NCBI RefSeq assembly: GCF_000315625.1 | Contig: NW_005434670.1 | Span: 1,132,258 to 1,196,257, forward strand | DNA length: 64,000 nucleotides | Direction: 5' to 3' | From: Guillardia theta CCMP2712 | Taxonomy: Eukaryota; Protista; Cryptophyta | Shown here: one piece after another, positions 62,704 through 64,000 of the stretch | Layout: every line of letters begins with the position of its first letter | How positions within the stretch are numbered: the first letter of the stretch is position 1 | Translations under genes and position numbers: made by a program | Notes under the pieces: generated by a model | Databases searched by the model: none | The model's input: only the letters and a program-made list of their open reading frames with translations | Told to the model about the DNA's origin: nothing

Positions 62704-63114
62704 GTGTTAGTTTTCAGCCAGAATTCTTGCTCGCACGATGATAGAAAAGAATGTGATTCGTCTAGTGTTTGTTGGATCGCTAAGACCTGAAGTGAATGAC
62801 TTGTTGTATTGCGATTGTTGCTGTGCGTGAGCTCACATGATCGTCTTCATGCCAATACTTGTGCTTCAATCTCCTTTCTCTTCGCTTGACCTTGGACCAT
62901 CCCTCAGTCGAACATGAGCATGCGCACTAGCATCCTTCACAAGTTGATCACCCTACCCCCTATGACCACCTCCTTCCCAGGTCATCGCCCCCTATCCCCT
63001 ACCCCATGTCCACTCTATTGCCCCCCCAGTCAAAATGGTTCTACCCCTTTAAACGAAATCGCCACCCCCTACCCCTCTTGTGTACTACCCCATGTTCTTC
63101 ACTCACCCTAGGAA

Positions 63115-63138
63115 CTTTACTCAAAGTTAAGTTAAAAA
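63115..63138 (+). repeat. Dispersed intergenic motif, truncated copy 4 (CTTTACTCAAAGTTAAGTTAAAAA)
   Basis: 24 of 24 nt identical to 40820-40843; again borders a GC-rich patch. Confidence 0.85.
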
Positions 63139-64000
63139 GTTAGAGCTTGACTCAGCCTACTAGTAGGCTAGTAGCCGTTCACAGAGTCCCGGCGGCCTCG
63201 GACTCCGCCCGGCCGGGAGTCTGCCCGAGCGGCTCAGAGTCGCCGGGAGTACGGTCCGCCTTTGGTCCGAAGGCCCGGGCCCCGGGCGGCCGGATCCGAT
63301 CGGATGCCAGGGCATGGGCCCGGGGCCGCGTCCGCGACCGGGCCGACCGGTCCGCCCCCAGGCCCACCGTCCGACCGTACAGGCTGCGGCGGCCTCGGAG
63401 GCTCGGACTCCCGGAGGCTCGCCAGCCGGGCCCTGCGGCCGCTGTGCGGCAGCCGGGGCGGCCACCCGGTGGCACCGTGTGATCGGACTCTCCGACGACT
63501 CGGTCAGGCCCCGCCTCACTGCGGCCGGAGTGCGCCGCGGGCACTGTAACCCGGCGGGCGCGCGGCGCCCCCGGCCCGGCGGGCCCCGCCGCCCCCCCCT
63601 CCGGGCCCCGCCGCATTACCGTTCAGTTACTGCGAGTCCGATCACCGAGTCAGCCGACGGTGGCTCACGGTCAGACCAACTGAGGTGCTCTTCATTGAAA
63701 CCTTACTTAAGTTAACTTAAAGTTACGGCGTCACGGTCCGAGGCGGCGGTAGCCTGCCAGTCACGGCGGGTGGCAGGCTACCGTCGTGCTGCACAACACG
63801 GCTTCATTCTGAAATCATCACAAGTTACTAGTGACAGTCACTGAGTCACCGTGTGCCAGGGGCCCAGGCTTTGACAGTGACTCAGTGATGGCAACCCGGC
63901 AGCGTGTGAGCCCGGGCCGTCACCGTACGGTGAAGGTCGGACCGTTGCTCGAAGCCCGCCGCCGCGGCCCGCCGCAAACTTGAATTCGCAAATTCCGAGT
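63139..64000. other. Very GC-rich non-coding region with multiple short palindromes and hairpins
   Basis: AGCCTACTAGTAGGCT (about 63154), TTAAGTTAACTTAA (about 63707), and a 13-bp stem CGGTAGCCTGCCA..TGGCAGGCTACCG (about 63747-63783). ORFs here are only R/P/G/A-rich. Confidence 0.65.

Noticed and set aside
63147-63715. Overlapping R/P/G/A-rich ORFs on both strands
   Set aside because: They are expected from stop-codon scarcity in very GC-rich DNA.

Overview
This is eukaryotic nuclear DNA, not prokaryotic. It is gene-dense, with short (about 45-55 nt) GT-AG introns, microsatellite-filled introns, GC-rich palindromic intergenic patches and two 100-N assembly gaps. Signal peptide plus Phe plastid-targeting leaders (Z-ISO, CCB2/4) together with IFT52 indicate a flagellated alga with a complex plastid; a cryptophyte such as Guillardia theta fits best (inference). 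About 16 genes can be read by manual splicing: BFAR-like (partial), a voltage-sensing phosphatase, a giant (about 7,000 aa) secreted IPT/TIG-like repeat protein, Z-ISO, HIBCH, a degenerate GluRS-like protein, a PPR protein, a small RxxxxH orphan, a small Pro-rich protein, IFT52, CCB2/4, a PH-domain protein, a GT7 glycosyltransferase, NSUN5, an LRR protein and an EGLN-like 2OG-Fe(II) oxygenase. The best novelty candidate is the VSP at 1231-6412 (-), whose inferred architecture PH-like/C2/voltage sensor/PTEN phosphatase/C2/CNB/GRAM-like/CNB goes far beyond the animal VSP/TPTE layout. Other highlights are the pseudo-GluRS with a hydrophobic leader, a 248-bp-arm inverted repeat, a dispersed 33-bp intergenic motif, and abrupt nucleotide-composition switching inside the giant gene. 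All domain calls are by eye and exon boundaries are manual predictions; no searches were run.
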